Assembly: GCF_030144855.1 (NCBI RefSeq)
Contig: NC_082731.1
Span: 28,892,001 to 28,956,000, forward strand
Reading direction: 5' to 3'
Origin: Hypanus sabinus
Lineage: Eukaryota
Length of the DNA stretch: 64,000 nt
The notes under the pieces were generated by a model. That model did no database searches. It was not told where the DNA came from and was given only the letters and a program-made list of their open reading frames with translations. The translations under genes were made by a program, and so were the position numbers. Shown here piece after piece: positions 10,831-23,600 of the stretch (its first letter is position 1; the number at the start of each line of letters is the position of its first letter).

Positions 10831-12124
10831 CATCTATAGTAATACGAGAATTGTACTTTCAGTAATACAAGAATTGTTTAATGATATTAGCCCCTGAATC
10901 AAAAAAGTATTTCTATGCCTTGAGCAGTGAACTTTTTCTTTTTAGTAAGCCTATTTCCTCTGGAAGATTCCCTGTTCAGATTAAGTCAAGCCACATCTCC
11001 TACAGGAAGCTGAGAAGGATATAGTCTCTATATCACTGCCCAGTTTCACCCCCCTGTCAAGAATGAAAATATGAAATGTGTTTCTGGTAAATCAACAGCT
11101 GCACACAGAGATTCTGTACAAATTATCCTGTGTACTGAGTGTCAGAAGGAGGTTGTTCAGCCCTCCAGTCCGAGCTCCATTTACCAACCTTGGCTCCACA
11201 TATTTTAATAATTGAACTCAAATAAAATTCTATTAATATTGAGGTTTCAACTGACACTTCCCACCCTCCCCCAAGTCTTCAGTTCAGTTCACTTTCAGTT
11301 TATTGTCATTTAGAAACCACAAATGCAATGCAGTTAAAAAATGAGACAATGTTCCTCCAGCTTGACCACTTTCCAGGGAGACTTCCAGATTTCCACTGAC
11401 CTGTATATCCTGAAATAACAGATTCTTTGTGTTATTCTTCTGTGCCATTCTGGAATGTTTTTAAACTCCCCAATTACACTGGCCTTCAGTTTTCCACACT
11501 TCAGGGAACAAGAGACCAGCCCTAACATTTTATCCCAGTTCCAGAAGCACTTCAATGTGCCTCATCCACACACACCCTCTCCAAGGAAGAGACATTCTTC
11601 CTGAGGGGTGATGCCAAGAATCACAGCCAGTGCTCCAGATGTGGACTAATTCAATCTCTACTCCATGGCAGTGTAATATCCACCCCTCTGTATCTCTGTT
11701 TTCTCCATTAACTGCAGCACATTGAGACCCTAAACTTAAATTCATCATCAGGATTAATTAGAACCCAAACCTGCCAATGGTCTCTCATCCAAAGTAAACC
11801 TTCCACATTCCCTCTCTGTCTGCTGGGATTCGTTATTCCCTTATGGAATCCATGTCAGTCAACTGACACAGCAGAAACAAGACCTCTCTTGAAACACGAG
11901 CTTACCGAACAACAACCTCAGTGACTGTGGGCAGTTTACCTCCTTATGTTTCTCACTACACCTGACTATTTTCATGTGTACCCGCCTCGACCTACCATTG
12001 GCTTATATTGATTACAGGTTGTTTAAAACCTTCTGGACTTACAGCTGTAAGTTAAAAGTCTCACAGCTGGCTAATCCGTTCCAGTCACACTGCCTCTTTG
12101 TCCCATTCTGAATTGAGATATGGG

Positions 12125-12990
12125 ACATGCTCCACTCTACTCTCTCTACACCCATGACTGTGTGGCTAGGCACAGCTCAAATACCATCTTCACATTTGTC
12201 CGTTGTTGGCAGAATCTCAGATGGTGATGAGGAGGTGACAGAAGTGAGATAGATTGGTGTCACAACAATAACCTTCACTCAGTGTCAGTCAGAATAATGA
12301 ATTGATTGTGGCCTTCGGGAGGGGAACATGGGGGAGCACACACCAGGTATCATTGAGGGATTAGCAGTGGAAAGGGTGAGCAGTTTCAAATTCCTGGCTG
12401 TCAACATCACTAAAGATCGATCCTGGGTCCAACATTGATGAAACGACAAAGAAAGAACATTAGAGGTTAAATTTCATAAGGAGTTTGAGATGATCTGGTG
12501 TTTCACCAAGTACTCTAGTAAATTTCTACAGGTGTACCATGGAGAGCATTCGATGTGGTTGCATCACCGTCTGGTACAGACAAACACTGCACAGGATCAG
12601 AAAAAGCTGCAGAGAGTTGCAAACTCAGCCAGCTCCATCACGGGCACCATCTTCCCCAGCATTGAGGACATCTTCAAAAGGCAATGCCTCAAAAAGCCGC
12701 ATCCATCATTAAAGACCCACATCACACAGGACATGTTCTCTTCTTATTACTACCTTCAGAGAGGCGGTACAGGAGCCTGGAGACACACACTCAACATTTC
12801 AGGAACAGCTTTTTCCCCTCTGCCATCAGATTTCCGAACAGGCAATGGATCAATTTATGAACACTATCTCCTATTTTTGCTCTTGATTTGCATGAGTTAT
12901 ATAGACATGTATCGTATTGTAATTTATGATGTTTATGTGTTACACTGTACTGCTGCCACAACACAACAAATTTCACAACACATGTCAGTG
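12125..12990 (+). mobile_element. Rex1/Babar-like LINE RT C-terminal fragment
   Basis: LYSLYTHDCVA... through QDQKKLQRVANSASSITG. Confidence 0.7.
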
Positions 12991-13959
12991 ATATTAAACC
13001 TGCTTCTGATACTGATGGGAGTGAAGGCAGAAACTAGTTGAGTCTGACGATCTGATATACCTGACCGTAGGTGACTGGACCAGGCCCAACTGCTGCCACT
13101 GGGAAACTACAGTTCCTGCGAAAGGGTTTAGGATTGGGTGATGGACAGGAAAGTGAAGGGAAAATAAAGAGAGAGCAACAGACAGAGAGTGAAGGCAGAA
13201 GAGGATAAAAACATGGTGGGAGAGAATGATACGGAGGGGGAGTGATGAGAGGGGTGACAAAGAGGAAATGAGGGGGAAACAATGTGGATATGCAGTGAGT
13301 GAGGGGGAACAGGAGAGTGCAAGTCCCAGGAAGAGATAAAGAGAGTGGGAGAGGAAGATGGTGAAGGAAAGGAAATTCAATAGATTTTGTTTCTCTCCTG
13401 TGACTCTGGTACTACACAGATTTAAATGAAACATACAGTACAGCAGCAGATTCAGACCAATTAATTCATGCCATTGTTTATTTTCCACATGTACCTCCAG
13501 TCACTCCATCTTTGTCCAACTGGGTTAACTTTTCCTTCTGCTCCCTTTCCCCACATTTACTTCTGTGGGAGAGATCCACATTCTCCCCACTCTCTGGATA
13601 AATAATCCAAACTCGATGCTTAGTGATTATTTACAATAGTTTTAATTCCCCCTGAAGACTGAACCACTGTTCTCCTCCACCCTATCAAGTATTTTTATTA
13701 TCTGTGAGGTGGAAATATGCTTTACCCTTCAACCTTCTCATGACCCTCATGACAGGGTGTATTTGAGCATCTAAACCATTCACGTATTACTAATGAGGTT
13801 AAAAATGTGTCCCTGTTTTCACAGGAAAGAGCCCGAAAGTTGAATCCAGTACATTCCAGCATCAAGGAGACAGTGTCCCTGCTGGGAGAATTTCATGGGA
13901 CTGGGTAAGAGGAGAGTACAGATTGCTTTTTGTCCAAATTTAAGCATAGGTTTTCATGC

Positions 13960-14510
13960 CTGCATTAACCTGGGTGAAACTTCATGAAACCCCAATTCTG
14001 GTTGCTCCACTGTAAGAAGGATGTGGAGACTTTGGAGAGGGTGTAAAAGACATTCACGAGCATGTTGCCTGGATTACAGAATATTAGCTGTAAGGAGAGG
14101 TTGAACAATCTTTGACTGTTTACAGGGGAGCGTCAGCTGAGAGGCAACCTGATAGAGGCTTATAAAAGCATGAGAGTCATCAATAGTTGTCGACAGTCTA
14201 AGTCATTTCCCCAGGGTAAAATGTCATATTCAAAAGAGATTTAAGGTGAGGGGTGTAACATTCAAAGGAGATTTGTGGGTTGTATTTTTTACACACAGTG
14301 ACAGGTGCCTGGAATGCACTGGCAGGAGTGGTGGTGAATCAGCATGATAGTACAGTTGAGATACATTTGAAAAAGCACATGACCATTCAGGATATGGAGG
14401 GATATGGATTCTGTGCAGATAGTTCAGTTTAGATTAATTTGTTGTTGTGGTTGTCACAGTCACCATGGGCTGTAGGGCCTGTTCCCGTGCTGTACTGTTC
14501 TGTGTTGTAG
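13960..14510 (+). mobile_element. CR1 LINE 3' fragment
   Basis: TGGTTGCTCCACTGTAAGAAGGATGTGG...GAGAGGTTG...GTGCCTGGAATGCACTG matches the CR1 3' end. Confidence 0.65.
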
Positions 14511-15924
14511 GTTTACTTGAAGCTCAGTAACTATTTGTTATTAATAGCTGACAGATGTCTGAAACTCTGCGATAACATTAACACTCAGTCCTTACACTTC
14601 CTCTCCGGTTTCACAGGCAGGTTTAATTTGAGCAGGGGGCCCTCCCAGTGGAGCTGTGTTACTAAAAAGAATAAACACACTGCTTTACATATGGAAATAC
14701 AATTCTAACTTCGTGCTTTGCATCAATCACCAGGTTCACGTTTATCACACAAAATGAGACAAAATGAATCAAAATCAAAGAGCAAAAGACACAGAGAGAC
14801 CAAGACCCTCTCCTCATTACAGAGCATTTGCCACGGGTCAGAAACGGGCTCACTGTAATTATAATTGACTGTTACTAATTGATTTATTGATTATGTTATG
14901 GGAATGAGTGGTCCAAATGTATGTACACATGTATTTTACGTTCTGAAGCAGTTGGGAGACTGCCACCAACTACTTAAACTGTGTTTGCTCAGACTGAGCA
15001 CAGAGGTCCATCTTGGTGATCAGATAATTGTGAACTGTCAGCAATAAAGTGAAAAAGATGGAGAAAGTATAAGATGCCACAGACTGCCTTGTCAACATTA
15101 CAGAATCCCAGTGTGACATGCTGGAGCTGATGTTTGTTGATGAGAACGATTGCTGCCCGGTGAATTAAGTTTAGACTGAAACAGCAACACAGACCACAAT
15201 CACTATGGGTCACAGTGGGAGCTGGGGGTTATCATTGTCCTGGAAGCTCTCAGGCCCAGAAGATCAAGGATAACAAACTTGCATATTCAGAGAGAATCAA
15301 TAATCTGTCATTGAAGGGTTGTGAGCTGTTGAGTTCTGCAAGTATAGATATCTATCAAACATTTTTCCCTGGCATCTGGATAGTAAAATGTGTAGATTTA
15401 TTCCTGTAATAGCGCTGGGCCAGTACCTTGCTGTTTGATTATAGTGTTCACCTTGAATAAAATAACATCATCTGAACTGGTCTATTTAAACTCTGAATCA
15501 ATTCTGGTAAGGACAGATTGATAGATCTCACAATAGCTGCAAATAATGATCCCGAAGGTACTGGGATGGTACTACTTTATTATGTTCATTGCAGTTTAAC
15601 TTTCTTATGTTTGTTTGTGTTTTTAAATAATTACTTATATACATGTAATTGCTCAGTGAGTTGCCATTGCCTGTGTATCTCCTGGAAACTCCCACTTTCA
15701 GTGGCGTGTATCACATTGCTCGAATAGGGACTATTTTATTGTTTAATTTAAGCAATGGAATTTGAATGGAATGTCTGCTACCAGTATTTAGTGGTCATAA
15801 GCAATGGGTTTTAATGCCCCTTCTTGACTGCTGAAGTGTTTTGGGTTGCAGAAGTATCAGGAGACAACACCAGTTTAAGTTCTGATCAACAAATCCAACA
15901 GACAGGCTGGGGAACCCAGCATTT

Positions 15925-16215
15925 GGGGCGACATGGTACTGTAGTTGTTAGCAGAATGTTTTCCAGTGCAGGTGACCTGGGGTTCAATTCCTGCCACTGC
16001 CTGTAAGGAATTTGTAATTTCTGCCCGAGAATGTGTAGGTTTCCACCGGGTACTCTGGTTTCCTCTCGCAGTCCAAAGTCTAAAGTACCTCAGTTTGGTA
16101 CTTTAACTGGTCACTGTAAACTGTCTAGTGATGAGACGAGGATTAAATCGGGATCCCTGGGCAGTGTGGCTCGAAGGGCCAGAAGGGCCTATTCCATGCT
16201 GTGTGCCAATAAATA
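15925..16215 (+). mobile_element. tRNA-derived SINE (elasmobranch HE1-like)
   Basis: B-box GGTTCAATTCC, central GTAGGTTTCC...CTCTGGTTTCCTC...GTCCAAAG domain, and a CR1-like tail GGGCCAGAAGGGCCTATT...AATAAATAAA. Confidence 0.6.
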
Positions 16216-17043
16216 AATGAATTAAATAATTTACATGGACTTTACTGATTTTTCCGATGAGTTCATTCTAAAATTATTCCTGAGTTTCCCCTCACCCTCC
16301 TCCATATGGGAGTCCAGTCCTACTGTCAATTACTCTGTCTGAGGAGCTTCCTCAACAAAGTCCACAGATTCATTCTAGTGAATTTAAACCTGCAGTCTGT
16401 GTCTTTCTCCTCCTCTTTAATTTAAATCCATCTTATGGATGTCATTTCCATTCCCTTCACTCTTCCATCACTCTGTGTCAGACGTCTCAGTGAGTCAGTA
16501 AATTGTGGTGCAAACCATTTCAGCACATCATCCCGTTGGACTGAGGCATTGCTTCCAGATTCCTCCTCTGACCAGACACTTCCTCACCTGCCATTCCCTC
16601 TCCTTCTATGACCTGACATCTGATTTATGCTCCTGTGAAACACCTTCTGATGATTTCCTATACTAAAGCCACACTGTAAATGCCAGTGGTTGCTTTTGGG
16701 TAAAATTGTTCAATTACTTTGCATTGCAGACCAACCATGTCCACAAATGAACCACAAAAGTTTTTTTGATGATGAATGGGGGCTGAGTCCCAAGGAAGTC
16801 ACATTTTCTATTAGAATGTGCAAGAGCGTAGAAAATAAAATCAGAAAACAGCGAGGTAGACAGTGTCTGGGAAAGAACATTAATCACTGGTGATTCAGGT
16901 CTGCATTCCCCTTCAGATTACAGTGGTTCACACTTACCTCTTTTGATGGTTAACCCCGGGAGCACTTACAAGGGCTTCCATACTCGGTCTATACTGTTTC
17001 CTGTAAGATAGAGAGATACAGCACAGAAACAGGCCCATCATCC

Positions 17044-17395
17044 CACTGAGTCTGTACTAAACATTAGTCACTGAGCCTGCACTAACCATTAACCACTGAG
17101 TCTGTACGAACCGCTAACCACTGATTCTGCACTAACTATTAATCACTGAGTCTGTACTAACCATTAACCACTGAGTCTGTACTAACTATTAATCACTGAG
17201 TCTGTACTAACCATTAACCACTGAGTCTGTACTAACTATTAACCACTGAGTCTGTACTAACTATTAATCACTGAGTCTGTACTAACCATTAACCACTGAG
17301 TCTGTACGAACCACTAACCACTGAGTCTGTACTAACCATTAACCGCTGAGTCTGTACGAACCACTAACCACTGAGACTGCACTAACTATTAACCA
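17044..17395. repeat. 25-bp minisatellite, ~14 copies
   Basis: Unit CCACTGAGTCTGTACTAAC(C/T)ATTAA in tandem. Confidence 0.93.
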
Positions 17396-17399
17396 TCTG

Positions 17400-20200
17400 G
17401 CCTATAATTTCCTTTCTTCTGCCTCTGTCCTGTCTGCAAAAGTGGAGTGACATTTGCAATCTTTCAGTCCTCTGGAACTATTTCAGAATCTAGTGATTGT
17501 TGAAAGATCATTACTAATGCCTCCAGTCTCTTCAGCTCCCTCTTTCAGAGCCCTGAGGTGTTGTCCATCTGCTCCGGTGACTTCAGACTTTTCATCATCC
17601 CAAGCACCTTCTACTTACTAATAGAAATTACACTCACTTCTGCCCCCGACACTCTTGTATTTCTGGCATTCTGCTGCTGTATTCCACAGTGAAGACTGAC
17701 ACAAAATATTTCCTAACTTGCCCTGCTTTTTCTTTGTTCCAAATTGCTACCTCTCCAGCGTAATTTTCCAATGGTCCAATAGCCACTCTGGTCTCTCACT
17801 TACTTGATATATATCTGAAAAAAACTTTTGGCATCCTCTTTTATATTATTGGCTAGCTTACCTTCATATTTCATCTTTTCTCTCTTTATGTCTTTTTTAG
17901 TTGCCTTCAAGTTAAATTCAAGTTTATTATAATTCAACCAGACGTGAATGCCCATCAATACAGCCAAACAATGCTGCTTTTCTCCAGGGCCAATGTGCAA
18001 AACGCTGCACCAACATTCATACACAGCACAAACCACATACAGCACATGCCAGATAGCAAGCCTTCTGTTGGTTTTTGCGATATCATATGCCTTCTCTTTT
18101 CCTTTGTGTGGTCTTAGACTTCTTTTGATAGCTATGGTTGTTTCATCTTCCCTTAAGAATACTTCATCTTTGGGATGCATCTTTCCACTGCCTTCCAAAG
18201 TTCTCCCAGAGACTCCAGCCTTTGCAGTTCTGCCATCATCCCTGTTACTGACCTCTTCCAATCTACTGTGGCCAGCTCCTCTCATGCATCTGTAATTCCC
18301 TTTACTCCACTGTAATACTGATACATCTGATTTTAGTTTCTCCTTCTCAAACTGTAGGGTGAATTTTATTATATTATGATAATTTCCTCCTAAGGGTTCC
18401 TTTACCTTAAGCTCGAAAATCAAATCTGGTTCATTACCCTACATCTAATCCAGAATTGCTGTTCCACTTTTAGTCTCAACCGCAAACTGCTCTATAAACA
18501 ATTTCATAGGCATTCTACAAATTTCTTCTCTCGGGATCCAGCACCAACCTCATTTTTCCAATCTATCTACATATTGAAACCCCATGATTTTTGTAACTTT
18601 GCCCTTTTTACTTTCCTTTCCTATCTCCCATTGTAATTTGTAGCCCTCATCTTGGCTACTGTCCAGAGGCCTGTATATAACTACCATCAGGATCTTTTTA
18701 CCCTTGCAGTTTCTTAACTCTCCCTACAATGATACTACATCATCTGATCATATGTCACCTCTTTCTTAGGATTTGATTTCATTTTTTACCAACAGAGCCA
18801 CTGCATCCCCTCTGCCTACCTGCCTATCCTTTCAATACTATGTGCATCTTTGGATGTTAAGCTCCCAGCTAAGATTTTCCTTAAGCTATGACTCAGTGAT
18901 GCTCAAAGCGTCATACCTGCCAATCTCTAACTGCGCTACAAGACCTTATTCCATAGACTGTGTGCATTCCAATATAACACCTTCAGTCCTGCATTCATCA
19001 CTCTTTTTGATTTTGGCCCCGTTAAACTATAACTCATTCACATGTCTTCAATTTTGCCTATCTTCTGCCTGTCCTTTCCTCTCAGCCTCACTGCACACCT
19101 CATCTAGTTGTATACCAACTGCCCAATTCTCAGCCCTATCACTCTGCTTCCCACCCCCTGCCAAATTAGTTTTAACCCTCTCAAAGAGCTCTAGCAAACC
19201 TGCCTGCAAGGATATTGGTCCCCCTCGGGTTCAGGTGTAACCTGTCCTTTTTGTACAGGTCAGACGTTCCCCAGAAGAGATCACAATGGTCCAGAAATCT
19301 GAAACACTGTCACTGCCCTAGTTCTTCTGCCACATAATCAACTGCGAAGTCATCTTATTCTTACCCTCACTGGCACATGGCACAAGCAGTAATTAAAGAT
19401 TACTACCCTGGAGGTCCAATTCTTCAGCTTCCCATCTAACTCCTATTATCTCTTTTCAGGGCCTGTTCTCTTTTCCTACCTATGTTGTTGTAACCAATAT
19501 GTACCATGTCTTCCAGCCATTCACCTTCCCCTTTTTGAATGCTGTTGACCTGATCCAAGACATCCCTGACCCAAACATTCAAACCTGACTCATTTGTGAT
19601 CTATTACTGCTGGTACATAGCAGAAGCAAAATACTTTCTGGGTGTCTCTTTCACATCCATAGGATCTGCTGTCTGCACCTTTGATTATGGAATCCCCTAT
19701 CACTGCTGCACTCCCCTTCCACACCCCACCTTCCCCTCTGAGCCATCAGAACAGACTCAGCACCAGAGAACAGATCACTGTGGCTGCTCCCAGTAGGTCA
19801 TCCCCTCCAACTATATCCAAAGCAGTATACTTATTATTGAGGTGAATGGCCACAGAGGTACTCTGAATTGGCTGCCTATTCCCCTTCCCTCTCCTGACAG
19901 TCACCCAGGAACCTGACTCCTGCAAGTTAGGGGTGACTACCCACCTGTGGCTCTTTTCTTTCATTTTCCCGGATGAACCGAAGGTCATTGAGATGCAGCT
20001 CCAGTTCCTTAAAACAATTTCTCTAAGGAGTTGCAGCTCAGTGCACTTCATGCTGATGTAGTTCTCAGGGAGACAGGAGGTCTTCCAAAGTTTGCATATC
20101 TCACAGAAGGAACATATCACTAACTCGGGACCCATTGTCAGACCACTAGCTGTGTACCAACAGAAAAAAATAAACTTACTATAAGCTTACTCAGAACATC
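17400..20200 (-). mobile_element. CR1 LINE, 5' and endonuclease portion, degenerate
   Basis: LKVKEPLGG.....IKFTLQFEKEKLKSDVSVLQWSKGNY, and the ORF1-like LQLLREIV...SGSWVTVRRGKG...NKYTALD. Confidence 0.75.
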
Positions 20201-20639
20201 CAACTGTGTTTGCCCAAGTATTTTTTCAAGGAAGTATGTTTAGTCAAGGTCTGACCACTTGATCAGTGTTCACTCACACAATAGCTGCTCCACTTTCACC
20301 TTGCTTCTTTTTATTTATTCCTGCCGAGTGCCTAACAGATTATTCTGACTGCAGTCCCAAAAAACCTGGGCACTCTTTAAACCTTGCACTGTGTGACCCT
20401 TAAATCACCTTTCACGTTTATTGCAGCCCACTGAAAGGTTTCAAAAGCAACCGAGCTCTTTACAAACCCTACACTGCGTCACCAATGAATGACATCTTGT
20501 GCTGGTTACAAACCATTGTAACGTCCTGATACACCCAATGAATGACCTCTCACACTGATTACAGCCAGCTAAAAAATAAGCTGTAAAGTCAAGAGCAAAG
20601 GTTATCAAAATTACTGTGGAATCTTGTTCTGAAGAGTTC

Positions 20640-23600
20640 TTGACTGAAGAGTGGCAAATGGAGTTCTATTCAGGGAAGTTCAAGGTGTAATACTTTGGAA
20701 AGTTAAACCAAGGTAAGAGTTTTACAGTGAAAGAGAGGGTTGTGGAGGTTGTTGCAGAACAGAGGGGCCTTGGAGTTCAAGCAGAAAGCTGAAAATAGGA
20801 CCTCCAGTGCAGTAATCTTTGGATTGCTGCCTGTGCCATGTGCCTGTGAGGATAAAAATAGGATGATTTGGCAGAGAAACTGGTACAGGGGGCAGGATTT
20901 CAGATACCTGGATGAAAGACTGTTATAGTTGGGAGCTTAACATCCAAGGATACACATTGTATCAAAAGGATAAGCAGTTAGGCAGAAGGGGTGGCAAGGC
21001 TCTGCTGGTAAAAAAGATGAAATAAAATCCTTAAAGAGGTGACATAGGATTAGAAGATGTAGAATCGTTGAGGGTAGATTTAAGGAATTACAAAGGTTAA
21101 AAAGACCCTGAATGGAGTTATATATAGGCCTCCAAACAGCAGCCAGGATGTGGGCTACAAATTACAATGGGAGATAGAAAACACAAGTCAAAAGAGCAAA
21201 GTTATGATAGTCATGGAGGATTTCAATATGCAGGTAGATTGGGAATTTGTCGCAGATTTTGGATTCCAAGAGAGAGAATTTGAGGAATACCTACAAGATG
21301 GATTTTCAGAGCAGTTGGTGCTTGAGCCCGCTAGGGGATCAACTATTCTGGATTGGGTGTTGTGTAATAGACCAGATTTGATTTGGGAGCTCAAGGTAAA
21401 GGAACCCTTCGGACACAGTTATCAAATAAGCATTCACGCCGCAATTTGAAAGGGAGAAACAAAAGTCAGATTCATCAGAACATAGAACAGTACAGTACAG
21501 GAACAGAGCCTTCAGCCCACAATGTTAAGAACATAAGGAATAGGAGCAGGAGTAGGCCATCCAGCCCATCGAGCCTGCCCCGCCATTCAATAAGATCATG
21601 GCTGATCGATCTGTAAACTCAGCTCCAACTACCTGCCTTTTCCCCATAACCCTTAACTCCCTTACTAGGAATAGAATGAGGTGGCTGAGGGATTGGAGCA
21701 GGGGGCAGGGATTCAGATTTCTGGATCATTGGGACATCTTTTAGGGCAGGTGTGACCTATACATAAAGAACGGGTTGTACTTGAATCCCGGGGGACCAAT
21801 ATACTGCAGGGGAGGTTTGCTAAGGCTACTGGGGAAAGTTTAAACTAGAATTGTTGGTGGGTGGGAACCGAACTGAAGAGACTGGGGAAGAGGCGGTTGG
21901 CTCACTGATAGAGAATGCTTGGAGACAGTGTGTGAGGGAGGATAGGCAGGTGATAGAGAAGAGATGCGCACAGATGGACAGTTTGAGATGTGTCTATTTT
22001 AACACAAGGAGTATTGTGAACAAAGTGGATGAGCTTAGAGCGTGGATCAGTACTTGGAGCTATGATGTGGTGGCCATTACAGAGACTTGGATGGGTCAGG
22101 GACAGGAATGGTTATTTCAAGTGTTGGGTTTTAGATGTTTCAGAAAGAACAGGGAGGGAGGCAAAAGAGGTGGGGCCGTGGCACTGTTGTTCACAGATAG
22201 TGTCATGGCTGCAGAAAAGGTGGACATTATGGGGGGATTGTCTACAGAGTCTCTGTGGGTGGAGGTTAGGAACAGGAAGGGTCAATAACTTTCCTGGGTG
22301 TTTTTTATAGGCTGCCCAATAGTCACAGGGATATCGAGGAGCAGATAGGGAAACAGGCCCTGGAAAGGTGTAATGATAAAAGAGTTGGTGTGATGGGAGA
22401 TTTTAATTTCCCAAATATCGACTGGCATTTCCCTAGAGCAAGGGGTTTAGATGAGGTGGAGTTTGTTAGGTTGGTCAGGAAGTTTTCTTGACACAATATG
22501 TAGATAAGAGGAGAGACTGTATTTGATTTGGTATTGGGAAATGAACCTGGTCAGGTGTCAGATCTCACAGTGGGAGAGTATTTTGGAGATAGTGATCATA
22601 TTTCTATCTCCTTTACAATAGCATTGGAGAGAGATAGAAACAGACAAGTTAAAAAAGTGTTTAATTGGAGTAAGGGGAATTATGAGGCTATCAGGCAGGA
22701 AAATGGAAGCTTAAATTGGGAACAGATGTTCTCAGGGAAAAGTATGGAAGAAATGTAGCAAATGTTCACGGGATATTTGTGTGAAGTTCTGCATAGGTAC
22801 GTTCCAATGAGACAGGGAATATATGATAGGGTACAGGAACTGTGTGTACAAAGGCTGTAATAAATCTCGTCAAGAAGAAAAGAAAAGCTTACAAAAGGTT
22901 CAGATAGGTAATGTTAGGGATCTAGAAGATTATAAGGCTAACAGGAAAGAGCTTAAAAAGGAGAGCCAGAAGGGGCCATGAGAAGGCCTTGGCGGGTAGG
23001 ATTAAGGAAAACCCAAAGGCATTCTACAAGTGTAGGTCTCTCAGTACCAGTAACAATGGTGTTAACTGTTCAAGCTAACAAAATGGCTTTGTATTGTTAT
23101 AATGAAATGGCTTCTCTGTAATGTTATTTAAGGCTGTAATGGGTTTCTGAGTCTGGAATGTTTGGGTTATGACTACCAATAAGGGGGAACCTAACCAATG
23201 GAGAATTGTTATGCTATCTTGTATGTGTAAGCTGAGGGGAGTTCATGGTCTTTTTTTGGAGGAGAGCGAGGAGGACGGACGTGTGAGGAGTGGACAGCGG
23301 TTCCAGAGCGGTGGATACTGGACTTCAGCAGTTCGGACCATGGCCGAAGGCTTGGGAGTTCATTGTGGATGGAACTGGAGGTGTGAGCTCCAATGTATTA
23401 AAATATTATGTGTACAAACTGATAAACTTAATTATTTGGTGCCTTTAGGTTATTTGTTTCTAACTAAACCATCACTGAGAAATAACTATAATGCTGCAAT
23501 TATTTACTCGCTTTTGGGTGTATAGTCTGGTATTTGTGTTGCGAGCGTGTACTGGGGGGGCATTACACCGTATTTACACTGAAGTATTGCACTATTGGTG

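Noticed and set aside
11005-11090. Plus-strand exon-like block (CCTACAG|...|GTAAAT)
   Set aside because: Stops in all three frames and no other support.
12994-13488. Hydrophobic 164-aa minus-strand ORF resembling a membrane protein
   Set aside because: It is the translation of a CT-rich low-complexity tract (purine-rich on the plus strand, ~13125-13375).
15201-15217. CACTATG-GGT-CACAGTG as a possible D segment
   Set aside because: No nonamer at 12 or 23 nt on either side, and it lies upstream of V.
17685-17712. CACAGTG followed by ACAAAATAT (RSS-like)
   Set aside because: The spacer is 9 nt and the motif is part of CR1 sequence.
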